Of a stretch of DNA of 64,000 nt, positions 25,733 to 37,629 are shown piece by piece (within the stretch, counting starts at the first letter, position 1; each line of letters begins with the position of its first letter). Below the pieces are notes generated by a model that saw nothing but the letters and a program-made list of their open reading frames with translations, searched no databases and was not told where the DNA came from. Source of the stretch: Camelus ferus (lineage: Eukaryota). The position numbers and the translations under genes were made by a program. The DNA lies in contig NC_045697.1 of NCBI RefSeq assembly GCF_009834535.1, positions 66,218,001-66,282,000 of the forward strand, given 5' to 3'.

Positions 25733-26189
25733 GCCACCTCACTTGGCACTAGTTTCACTCAAGCATAACCTTTTATCCCTGTAGCGGTTTAATATTTCTT
25801 CCAGGTAATACTTTATCATTTTCTTCCTCTTACAGCAATATCCATTATGTAGCTTTACTAACTTTAAAATACCAGTGGTTTAGAGATACAATACCTGGAA
25901 ATATGAGATCCAATAGAACATTTTAGATCTGTTGTTTTTATTATGATTTTGGTCCAATAACTTAGAAATAAAGGTGACACCTTGGATTTGGGAGAGAAAT
26001 CATTTCTCACCCCAAACATTATTCTTACAAGTATAATTTAGTCTGTGGCCTGTTGAATGCTAGTTAAGTTTGCTTCTTCTCAAGACATGCTTTGCCCTTT
26101 ATCCTAGCACACAGGCAGCTGCAGCAAGAAAGCCCCTTTGCCAAAAATACCTCTCCACCTGCCTGTCACTCTACCTGGAATCCATTAAG

Positions 26190-26450
26190 ACAGTGGTTCC
26201 CAACCTTTTCCAACTGAGGGCCCTTTACAAGCAAAATTTCATAGCCCCCCATGTGACAGCTCTCAAACTCAAGGTCAGTAGATTAAATACACACACACAC
26301 AAAATAAAGACAATACTGTGAAAAATATTATGTCAACAACACATTTTAATGAATTAATATTGTATTAGCCACAATAGTATACATTTAAAAGACAGCAGCA
26401 CAAATGCACAAAATATATTATTTAAATCAGTCAACAGAGGCTTTTTGCCT
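26190..26450. mobile_element. hAT/Charlie DNA transposon end fragment
   Basis: CAGTGGTTCCCAACCTTTT terminal motif at ~26191 followed by an AT-rich body. Confidence 0.45.
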
Positions 26451-27428
26451 AAGAAAGTTCACAAACTCCTTTGAAATAAATACATAGGCTACCCCTTACC
26501 TAAAGCATAAGATCTGGGGTCTGAAAGAAGAGAATCATTGAATTTATTGTTATCCCACTAAACTGACACTTCTAAGATGGAAATATCATTTTTTCTAGTT
26601 AGGTTTTTTTTAAATCTCACCAACTCTTGGAAATGGAAAATCTTTCTACACACAATTAAGAAACACCACAATTCCTGGCATTCATCAGTTAAGACACTTG
26701 ACGTAAGTGTGTATGTAGCTCCCTACACATGTTCTCCCTGTGAAAATTTGTTAAGGTTAAAGTTTTTTTTAAAAATCAGTGGAAGTTTGATCTCTCAAAG
26801 ACATCAGTTCCAAATACAGTTTGTTTGTATGACCTGAGCAACTTTCTCTGGTGTCCTACTGAGTACACAACCTGCTTTCTGAGTTCAACTGTCCTGTGAG
26901 TTTTGACATCATAGGTGAAATATCTCCTGGCACTGGGGAAGGAGTGCCGGGCATCACGCAGCTAGCTCTGCAGAGAGCCAAGGTGCCATGGCTCCTATTA
27001 GCTGACAGTGAGACGCCACCACTCAATTCTGGCAAAAGCCAAATCACAGCTTTTACGAAAGCAGCTCATGGCACACTCTGCTCCTGCTTCTCATTGGAAT
27101 CTATCAACAAAGGAAATTTTAATAAAATCAAATACATAGTCACACATCCATGCTTATTTAATTATCATGAGGGAAATAAACCAAATATAATAAAGATCAT
27201 ATATGGTACTTAACTGAAAAAAACAAACTCAAAAGACTGTATTTAATTCCTACATCAAATAAGAAGCCTTCACATAATATGAGAGAACTTAATTAATTAT
27301 ATGTTTCTATGCCTCAAGGTTATTTTACTGTAAAATAGAAGTGATTATTCCTCCTGTTGTCAAATATAGAAGAGGGGTCTGAGTTAAAAGCTAAGGCAGA
27401 GAGACAGATGCTTGTTCATAACCTATGG

Positions 27429-27600
27429 CAGTGTTTTTCACCCTTTTCAGAAGTCCTCTTTGGACCGTCATAGGTCCACAATCTTTCACATGTGGCAGTG
27501 GTCCTCAGTCAGACAATTCTGGGGAGCACAGGCATTTGTGAGCCCTTGGCAATAGACAGGACCCTCTGGAAATCAAGACCCCACAGGCTGGGAAATGCTG
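27429..27600. mobile_element. hAT MITE (MER5-group-like)
   Basis: Imperfect terminal inverted repeats CAGTGTTTTTCACCC ... GGCTGGGAAATGCTG. Confidence 0.5.
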
Positions 27601-29859
27601 ATCTGGGCTAAGCTGCATTTCTGAGGTACAAAATTATGCAATTAACAAGGGTCAGCTAGAGCAAAAATACAAGTCTTTTCAATTTTTGTCTCATACAATT
27701 TCCACCATCCCAGAATATTAGAGGGAAGTAGAGGCATGGAAGAAGACTCCTACCCTCATTCAGGGAACTGTATTTTCAGGCAAATCTATCAGCTAAGTGC
27801 CAAGAGCACTACTATAATTTATCTCTGGAAACTCGGAAGGGGGCTCAGGAAACTTATAAATAGAATGGTTACAAGTGGCTTGATGTCAGCCTTCAGACAT
27901 AAATAATATTTAGCAGGTGTCAAACCAAGGCCTGCTTCTATCTGATATTTTCGTCAGTGACCTGGATAAGACATTGGCAACCTCAAGAGCCAAATTCTCT
28001 CAAAAGAATTTTACATTTTAGGAAGCCTTCTAGTGTCTCCTTCTCTTCTCCCATCGTCACGGTCCACTGCATTCCCACAGCTCCACTGATCTCACCTAGG
28101 GGTTAGATTATTTAATTAGTTACCACTAAGCTATGAGCGACTAATGTAATTGCTCTTCCAAATGCCTGGGGACCTTTAATTTTTTTTAACGAGTTTATTC
28201 ATCCAGAAGAATACCATGTAAGGCACGGAGGTAAGCATCTCTGTGCTGCTGACCGACTAGAACATTTCTTCTTGCCAAATATAAGCATAACTTCTCTAAA
28301 TGTATTAACATTTTTGGAAAAAATTCTTGAAGATTTCAAAACCACTGCACCTTTTCTTGCTGGGCCTGAACATAATCTCCCAAGCCTTCTCAGTATGATT
28401 CTCCAGGTGACACTAGCAAGTGATCGGTGATGACTGATTGGCATGTGCAAGGGAACTCACCTGCTATTTCTGATCTATGTGATGTGAGAATATTCCTGGT
28501 TGGAGGTAGGGGATGGTATTTAATAACCTCTCAAAAACACCCCTCCCTATAGCTCATTTTATATTAAAAAAAAATTTTTTTTTGGTTCTCTGTCCACTTC
28601 TTGTTGCTTATAAATCATGCTGAAGCTTGAAGAAAAATAAGACAGAAGTAGCTTTGGTTTGTATCAAAAAGAAAACAGATTCCTTCTTCAGCATCACTTA
28701 GATTTAAAAATTATTTCTGGAGGTAACCAAAATACCCGCAGTGGTGTGAAGTTACGTAAGGTGACGTTTTACCCTTATGTAGTGTATTCACTACTACCTT
28801 TTTTTTTCCTTCTTTTTTTTTCTAGTGAAAATGACACCACTTTGGGGGTAAAAAAAGTCCACAAACAAGAGTTTACGAATGAGGCTACTTAGAAGCAGCC
28901 ACAAGTATCTGACAGGTCACGAAATAAACTGTCTCATACAGGCTTTGCTGTTAAAAATACTCCAGTGATGTATTTTTATAGGCAGGCGAGGGAAAATGTC
29001 CATAAATAGCTTTAGGAAGTTTAGCCAAGAACCTAAGTTGCCAGTAAAAATATTAAATTGACCATCATTAGAAATACTTTAAATTTAGTTAACACTCAAA
29101 AGGCAAGAATAATAAGAAACTGAATTATTGCAGTGTTTAAGTCTGTAGCATTATCTTGTCTGTTATATTGTATTTTTCTAATTTTTTCCATTGTTTTTTC
29201 CCTATTTCCACATCCTATGATTTTCTTCATCCCAAATTTTATTTTTATTCATCGCTGATTTAACTGTTTTATTTCTTTTCTGTTCTGAAATATGGATTTT
29301 TTTTTAAACCTTCTCCCAGAAACTTTCCCTTCTGCATTTCAAGACTTCACTGCCAGTCAATTTCTTTTTAAGGAAAAAGCACTTAAATGGGTGTGGTGGG
29401 TTGGGAGGGAAAACTTCACCTGACACTGACAAACCATATCAATAAGATGCCTTTCATCCTAACATCCTGGAGTGTCAACTGTCGGCACTCAACCATGAAC
29501 TATGACTTGGCAGCTATGATCTCTAATCCTCTAACTCAGACTGGTGAAGTTTCACAGTGTTTTCCCTTGAGAACAGCCAGTGCTGAGCTGGCACAGTCCA
29601 AGCAAGCACAGATCTTTGATGAGCACTGCACTCAAGTCCATGTAAGGAATGTGGCCCCCTTGGTCATGGCAGCTCCTTCTCATTCAGTAGCAACCATGAG
29701 AGTGAGGAGGAGCCTTCTCTGACATCAGTCTGAGAAAAAGCTAAGAAGAACCATTTCAGACATTTCTGACAACATTTCAGAAAGACAGTCTGATTCAAGA
29801 AGAACAGGGCTAGAATCAGGATCAGGGCTTAACTTGAATCATCTTCCTAGTCCTTTCCA

Positions 29860-30008
29860 TTTTTATTTTTTTATTACTTTTTATTAAATTTTTTTTTTTC
29901 AGTAGAGGAAGTAATTAGGTTTATTTGTTTTTTTAGTGGAGGTATTGGGGATTGAATCCAGGATCTCATGCATGCTAGGCCCTCTACCACTGAGCTATAC
30001 CTTCCCCC
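29860..30008 (-). mobile_element. tRNA-derived SINE (camelid Vic-1-like)
   Basis: Reverse complement GGGGGAAGGTATAGCTCAGTGGTAGAGGGCCTAGCATGCATGAGATCCTGGATTCAATCCCCAATACCTCC...AATAAACCTAATTAC plus A tail; same family as 10007. Confidence 0.9.
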
Positions 30009-33000
30009 ATTTTTGATTTTTAAAAACTATCTCATTTGGATTTTCTTTAGACACAGACACTGTTGCCCCTTATCTAAAAGTATACATTCTTGTCCTCACT
30101 AACAATTTTTTTCCATATTAAACTTACACGTTCTCTCTTTCGTTCCAATTGTCTGTGCCTCCACCCTGACAGTTCTTTACTAGTTACTACAATAGGGGTA
30201 ATCTTAGCTAGCAATTCCAGACAATACATTAAATTTTAATGTAAAAACATCCTTCTCAAAATTCTTCCAACAAATGACCCGTGTCATTTCTTCTGAATGC
30301 CACCGAAAGCTACAACAGAGGTTAAGTGTTGACAAAAGGCCCCTTTTCCTGTTTTCCTCACAGTTATTGAAGTTTCAAATTCTCACAGGGAATTTCAATG
30401 TAAACAAGAAAGAATTTGCACTGATTTTCATAACATGTTCCTTGAAACCTTGGAGCCTCGTAAACATCTCTAGGGTTATGTAGAGGGATGCAGAATGATC
30501 ACAGCTGGATTTAATTTATTTTCCACTTTTTTCCCTGTAGCCTAACTTAACAAGATTGAGGTTCAGGGACATGGAAAATTAGCCTTATGATTTGGAAACA
30601 CTGCTCAAATGACATATACTTGGTGGAAGAAGACCATTTCACGACTCACTGCCAATTACTTTGGGACATATTCGGTCTCTTAGAGTGAGACATGCTAGTC
30701 TTCCAAACAGAGTGAGGAGAAGTTACTGGTTTGCTTTTTGGCAAAGCTCATTCATTTTATACAGATGACAAGAGTGAAACCAGTGAGGCTCCTCAGTGTT
30801 GCTTTTGTTCTTTATGTTTGCCTTTGGCAAGTATACCAAAGGTTAATTGTAATTAATCCTTTGGAATTTTAATTTCCACAGCACTGTCACATATAAACTT
30901 AAATGCACCACCAGTCGATTAGAAAATGGTACTATCGGGTGTGAATGCTGCTTGTTCCACACACAAAACGTGTCTGGCAAACAATACTGGGAACTGAGCC
31001 AAGAAATGTCTTGTCTCTCACTTTATCCTTCCACAATAAGTCTCCATCCCCAAATGCTTTCCCCTGTTCCATCCTCCAACTAATCCACCCACTCCAAATC
31101 TTTCCTGTTTACACTGTGAAAGAATGGTATTTAAAAAAACACCCCTTAGCAAAAGTACCCAACAGAGCCTTGCACATAGGGACGTGTAATAAATCTCATT
31201 TTGAAAATCTTTTAAAGTAGATATACCTTTATGAATTTCATAGATCAGGGAAAGAAAGGACTCAAAGCTAAACCCAGCAACAGACTCTCCATTATAAAAT
31301 TGCTAATGTCAAAGAGTTTTGGAACCTGAGTGCAAGATTTAAACTCGCGATGATTTTACCTTAATTAACACACAAGTTACTCAATCTTCTAATGTACTGA
31401 GTCATTATCAGCACTTCAGAAAAGTTGGTCTTGATTTGGCAGAATCTTTGACTTTTCTTAGTTTATGAAATTGATCCTCACCCTCCAACCAACCTAGATT
31501 ATTCAACTTTGTAGGAGACATTATTAGGCAGGAGCAAAAGTTTATTCCTGAAATATAAATAAAAAATATTTACTCACAGGTGTCAATCATTTCCTTTATA
31601 TAAAAAAACTACCTTCAGCTAAGAAGTCCAGAAATATCTCCCTGTGACAGTAGATGCAAAAGGTCAACTTAGAGTTGATTTTACTTTCTTCCCTTTGTGG
31701 GAAGTTTAGAAACCATCATACCTTTTTTAAAAAGTCTTCACATAACTCTTCATAAATCAGGGATTGTTCGGAGTCTCTTTAGAGGCATTACAATGATGCA
31801 ACTGAATAGTTTTCACTTTCTCTCTACTGAGGGAGTGATTTTCAACCTGTGGTTTCAGCAAACATTTTTGAAAAATACTCAAACACGTTGTTTTCTATCT
31901 CCTACATAACTCCAATTCAGCAAGATACCCCATTGCTGAGTTAAGCTGACCTTGGCAAACACAAAGTTTGTTGTTTCTGTGTTAGTCTCTACCAAATCTA
32001 CCACCATATTTGACAGTTTTGTCGCTGTCCCGCTATTACCCCATTTTAAGACCTCAAAGTCACTGTTGACTGCCCATAGTTACATTTTGCCTCCCTTACC
32101 TTTGTGGTTACCAGAGCCTGCTGGATCTCTTTATAGGCATCTCTTTGATTCACACCAGTTTCCACTCAGAGCAGTTACTTTTACAAGCCTTTGTAGTTCA
32201 CCACTTGACTGTTATAATCTCTTGCCCCTCGGCTTCTCTCCCCTTTAATCATCTTAAATGCTACTTGTCTTATAGTAATACGTAAGAAAACAATTTTATA
32301 CAATCATATTAAGTAATTAGCATCAACTAACCTTTGTTCTTAACTCTCTGACACTCAACACACCTGGGGCCAAGGCTTGGCTGGTGAGGTCTGAGCAGTT
32401 TTCTCCCAGCCCAGGCTGTTGGCTCTAGAGAGGGGCCACAGAGAAGAGGAAGATCATTTCTGGGGTCACACCAGAGCCGGTTCACTCAATAACACCAATC
32501 AGTGACAATGCCGGGTCAGGGGGGAGTCCAGCCACTAGCCTGCTCAAAGAAATGGGGGGACGAACGCAAGTAGAGCAAGGCCCCAAAACCTGAGCTCAGG
32601 CTTCAGCAAAATCAGAGTAGGATGAAACACAGGGTGAGCCAAAAAGCAGGAAACGAGAGGATGCAGTGTAGAAGAGCAGCCAGCCTCCCCACATTATCAC
32701 CCTGTACTTTCCGGGTCCTCCAGACCTCGTCTGCTACCACCCACTCACCCAGGACGCAGCCCCAAGAACTCTGTTTCCCCCACCTTCTTCCTTCCTCCCT
32801 TTCCTTCCTCTTCACTATCTTGATCTACCAGCTTGTCTGCCTTTTTTTTTTTTTTTAAGATTTCTGTTGGCTTTTCTTATTCTTCTGACTCTACATAAAC
32901 AAAATGCAATATTCAGTTTTGCAAACAGTTCTCTTCTGAGATGGAGGGGAAGAGAGAAGGCTGGGAACCCTTGTTCCTCTCTAGCACAGTGAGAATTCTT

Positions 33001-33414
33001 GTCCTCGTTGTACTATAATAATGTCTAGAATTGTGCTATATTTTTTTCAAGTCCTGTATATTAATTTACTTCAGTTGAGCTACAGATTCTTTGAGAAATT
33101 GGAACATGTCTTTCTCTCCTTTTCTTTGTATTCTTTTGATGGCAGTTACTAGCCACAGCCATTTAGTGTTGGTTAATCACCATACGTATAAGATATATTT
33201 GTGCTATGAATGTGTCAAAATGTTTTAGGAGAGTTTTATTAAATGTGCTACTGAACACTTAACAGGAAAAACTGTTGGAGCAAGTGAAAAAGTATGGGTA
33301 TGAGTACTTTTGAATACTGTATGAAACTGAAACAGTTAAGCAGAAAACAAAAATACATGAAGCAGGGATTTTTAAGAAGAATTTCATTTCCATGAATTTT
33401 GTGTAATATAGAGT

Positions 33415-33660
33415 ATCATTGGTGAATTCCTATTATGTGCTAGTTATTCTTCTAGGTGCTTTACATATATAATATTTCATTTCATTTGCTCTTCACAACA
33501 ATAATAACAGTATGAAGTAAGGACTGTTATTATTCCTAATTTGCTAATCAAGAATTAGAAGCACATAGCGTCAGCTTGTCCAGGGTCACCCAGGGAATAA
33601 GTTATGGAGACAGGAGTCTAACACAAGCATTTTAATCTTTAGCCCATGTTATAACTTCCC
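33415..33660 (-). mobile_element. MIR
   Basis: CCTATTATGTGCTAG...CTAGGTGCTTTACATAT...CTTCACAACA...CTTGTCCAGGGTCACCCAG. Confidence 0.75.
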
Positions 33661-33732
33661 CATGCACGGCCACTTCAATGCAGAGGACACATGAGTGGAG
33701 AAAGTGTCACCAGTGACTCCGGTCATCACACT

Positions 33733-34167
33733 TGTGGTGATTTAATTTTATGTTTCCACTCAACTGGGCCACAAGGTGCCCAGATATTTGGTCAAACATT
33801 ATTCTGAGTGTTTCTGTGAGACTATTGTTGGTTGAGATTAACATTTAAATAGACTGGGCCTCATCCAATCAACTGAAGGCTTGAATAGAACAAAAAGGCT
33901 GCCCCTGCCCCTGAGAAAGAGAGAATTCCTCCTGTCTGACCGGACATTGGCTCTTCCTGTGCCCCCAGTCTGCTGGCTTGTGAACTGAACTATACCACTG
34001 GCTCCCCTGCATCTCCAGATTGCTGACTCAGCCTGCAGATCTTGAGACTTGCCAGACTCCAAAATCATGTGAGACAATTCCTTATAATAAACACACACAT
34101 ACACACACACATACACACACACCCCTACTAGCTCTGTTTCTTTGAAGAACCCTGATACACTAATACA
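33733..34167 (+). mobile_element. ERV-L solo LTR (MLT2 family)
   Basis: TG...CA termini (TGTGGTGATTTAATTTTATG ... GAAGAACCCTGATACACTAATACA), CCCAGATATTTGGTCAAACATTATTCTG signature, internal (CA)n; 5-bp TSD ACACT/ATACT (4/5). Confidence 0.9.
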
Positions 34168-35044
34168 ATACTTCATCTATGTGCTTCCATGAAGAACTGA
34201 GTTTCTTTTCTGAGATCCTTGGATTTTCTCATGAGGAAACTTTCATTATCACTCCCTTAAAATGTAAAGACGTTATCTATGTTACCTTATGTTGTAACTT
34301 AACGCTTGAGATTAAAGGTCTTAGATGTTCACGGGAAAAATGACCCATGAACTTTAATTTTCAAGTGGTCAACTTAAATACTTAGGCGCTCAGCAGTGTA
34401 TGTTCATAATTCAATTTAGTTACATAATTAAAACTCTAGAAACCCAATTTTAGTACTGATCTGTTGCTACCTCAGTCTACTAAAACGTAGAAATAATTTA
34501 GGGTCTTTAGCTGTTAAGGTATAGTGATCCATTTTAAAAGGAAAAGTTCTTTTTTTTTTATTTACTATATTCTTCTTCTAAAATAGTTAATCTATTTATC
34601 TGTATCTTGAGTTTGCTCTTAGCCCCAAATGGAAATACCGCACTCACTTTTTTCTTCTTGAGGAAGTCTCAGCTGTTCCCACTCACTTTGCAGTTTTTAT
34701 TTGTAGGTTTGATTGCCACATGAGTTTTGTGGTTAATTTTTCAGATTAGAAATCTTCTACTTGGGAGTTGTGCAATCATGCAAATAATTGATCAAATATA
34801 TAATCTCAGGTTGAAATAGCATCAGCAGTTTCAACAACCTATGATTTTCTTTAGGCAGTTATTTCAAAGTAATCAGTTCCTCCTACTGATAAGCAAGTTT
34901 TGACTTGGAACGTGTTCTTACATGGTTAGCATTTTGAACTCTAAATTAAATAAAAGACCAGTTATTTCCTTTACTTTATGGCCCATTAAACTGTGCTGTT
35001 TGGAACATGAAGACTAGGTAAATCCCAATCAAAAAAATTTAAAA

Positions 35045-35135
35045 GGTGGGGTGTAGTAGCTCAGTGGTAGAGCACATGCTTGGCATGCAGGTGGGTTCTA
35101 TCCCCAGTACCTCCATTCAAAAAAAGAATTAAAAA
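35045..35135 (+). mobile_element. Short tRNA-derived SINE (camelid type)
   Basis: GGTGGGGTGTAGTAGCTCAGTGGTAGAGCACATGCTTGGCATGCAGGTGGGTTCTATCCCCAGTACCTCC plus A tail. Confidence 0.85.
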
Positions 35136-36622
35136 TGGAACTCATCAGGAATATAAACTAATATATTTATGGTTTCCTAAAGTTTCTATTCCTCTAATAC
35201 AGTAATATTGATAAACTAGAAACCTCATTACCCCTGCTGACTCTCATCTTTGTGTTTTTAAAATAAAATTAAATTAAAGCTTTCTCTTAGATTTTGGAAT
35301 ACTTAGATCCTCTTCTCCCCACATAACAGAAGGAGTTCAGAATGAAGGGACTGCTTGACGATACAGAGGTTAAAACAACTAAAAGGTAGACCAAAATAAA
35401 ATCCTGTTTCTATGCTGCTAAACAGCAACATTCTATGCAGTTGGTTGGGCCCACCCTGGATTGGTGAGTTTTTTAATCTTGTACTCACCTATCCGAACTA
35501 CCTTATAAAATCATAAACACAAATAACTGATTAATTGATAGTTGAAAATAGATGATCTCTAGCCTAATGAAAATGTAATTATTAAAACATTTTAAATCTC
35601 CTACTTAACTGCTGATTTATTTGAATGATTCCCCAATTATTTGGGGGAAGGGATATCAACACAAATTAGGATAAACTCTTATTCAGCTTTGCTAGTTATT
35701 GTGCACAGCAAAGGGCTTCAAATCATGTAATTTTCTGTTGTTACTAGCTGATTAATTTAGTATTTCAGTCTCTCCATATGGAAGTTACAGGAAATTTGTG
35801 TTCAGTATCAAGGATACAATCCTCAGTGTGCTCTTATTTTCTTTCAGTAACATTTTCAAGATGTGAATCCTTTATAATTCATTCATATTCTCTCTCTCCA
35901 TTTCTCCCTCCAGCCTCCCTCCTCCTACTCCCTGGAAAAAAAAAAAAAAAGTCACATCCTGAACTTAACCTTATCTTCAGAGCCTATCTTTTCAAAAACT
36001 GCATTTCCTTCAGGTGCGATTTATTTACTTTATAACCTATGTAACTAAGTTGTTTTTCATTCGCAAGTCCCAAGGAGTAGTTAGATAAAAACTTTAGCGC
36101 AACATTTAAAAAGACTTATTTGCACGTATCTGCCTGCCAAGGATACAGCTGTCACTTTTCTTCCAAGTTGTTTTGTGCAGTGTTCGGTATAAGTAAGTGG
36201 CTTAAATAATTACTATAGTTCATTAGCTTAGAATTGGAGGCCTCCTCCAGTCACAGAGGAATGGATCCAGTATTGAAAATGAAACCAGTCTTTTACTGTG
36301 TGATTAATAGGAAGAGTCATATGCTTGATATTAAAAAATATTTTTAAAATGTGGGACTGGAGGCCTAGACTCAGAGTTGCAAAGCTCAACTGGAGAGAGA
36401 GTTTAGAAAAATGTTAGGACAGTTTAATTTGGAGTTTGGAGAGCATTCTGTAGGATTTTAATCTTAAATACTAGGCACTTTGGCAGACCATTTGTGAGAT
36501 AATACACATGAGTAGCGGTAAAACTTAAAGGTGAAGGCACAGAAAACACTTCCTCACTCTGGTTATCTCTTCTCTGACAAGATTAGGTGGGCCTTTGGGG
36601 GCTTAAGTTATCCTCAGCGTTG

Positions 36623-36667
36623 AACCACAAGTCAGACTGCAAACCACAAGTCAGACTGCAAACCACA
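36623..36667. repeat. Perfect 19-bp tandem duplication (2.4 copies)
   Basis: AACCACAAGTCAGACTGCA x2, then AACCACA. Confidence 0.95.
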
Positions 36668-36844
36668 GGACTATGAATTCATCTGAACTTTCCTCTTTAT
36701 TTTAAAATTGATAGTACCTAGGGGTTTTATGGAAAGGAGGGTTTCATTTCTTTATTAATGATCCATCTAAAATTAACCCCATTATTATCTTCAGGAAGAA
36801 ATGATTAATACAAAATTTTAAACTACAATTACTCCTTGGTGATG

Positions 36845-37250
36845 GTATATCTGAGGTATATAATAAAACACTTTTTAAGCCAGACAAATCCTCCCCAAAT
36901 CAGAGGCTTTACCATAATAATTTTTGTTTTTCTTTCCTTGCTCACATAAAGTCAAAACAGGGATTTTTGATAAGCAGACAGCTTTACTGCAAGCGGTAAC
37001 TCAGTTCTCTCCTTTATGTGGCTTTGCCGTCTTCCCTATGTGACATTCAAGGACACCCCGATAGATGGAAAAGCACAGTGGGTTGTGAATTGGAGGTTTG
37101 CATGGCCCAGGCCTGGGGGTGGCGCTTAGCTCTTCTGCTCCTTTTCCACTGGCAAACATTCAGTCACACTATTACGTGTACATCCAGGGAAGGCTGGGAA
37201 GTAGTCTAGCTATGTGATCAGAAAAAAAGAAAAGAGACCAAGTTTGGTGC
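36845..37250 (-). mobile_element. MaLR LTR (MLT1J/K-like)
   Basis: CCCCAAATCAGAGGCTT...GGCCCAGGCCTGGGGGTGGCG...TTCTGCTC...CCACTGGC...CAGTCAC...CAGGGAAGGCTGGGAAGTAGTCTAGCT. Confidence 0.78.
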
Positions 37251-37629
37251 TATGGCTTGGTGTTCTGGAGGTGAACACTATGGAAATATAAGCAGCTATT
37301 CAGTAAAAAAAAAAAAAAAAAACTATTAACCATGTGTGCAGTTATCTTTAATTCTCTTTACTTATTTGTGTTAATGCTCTCCTCTCTTACATCATATAAT
37401 TTTTGCTTTTTAGATACTGAGAGGGAACCACAAACTAATTTCAAAATAACGAAATGCACAAGGTCCATATATATATGTGTGTGTGCAGGCTTGTAAGTTT
37501 GAGTTTGTCAGTTTCATACGTAGTATAAAGGCCTGTTTTGTATTTTGATTATTGCAGGTTTTTCTTTCCCACAAGGCTTGCAAATATATTAGTTGTAAAT
37601 GTATTAAATTATTTTTGAGCAATAAAAGG

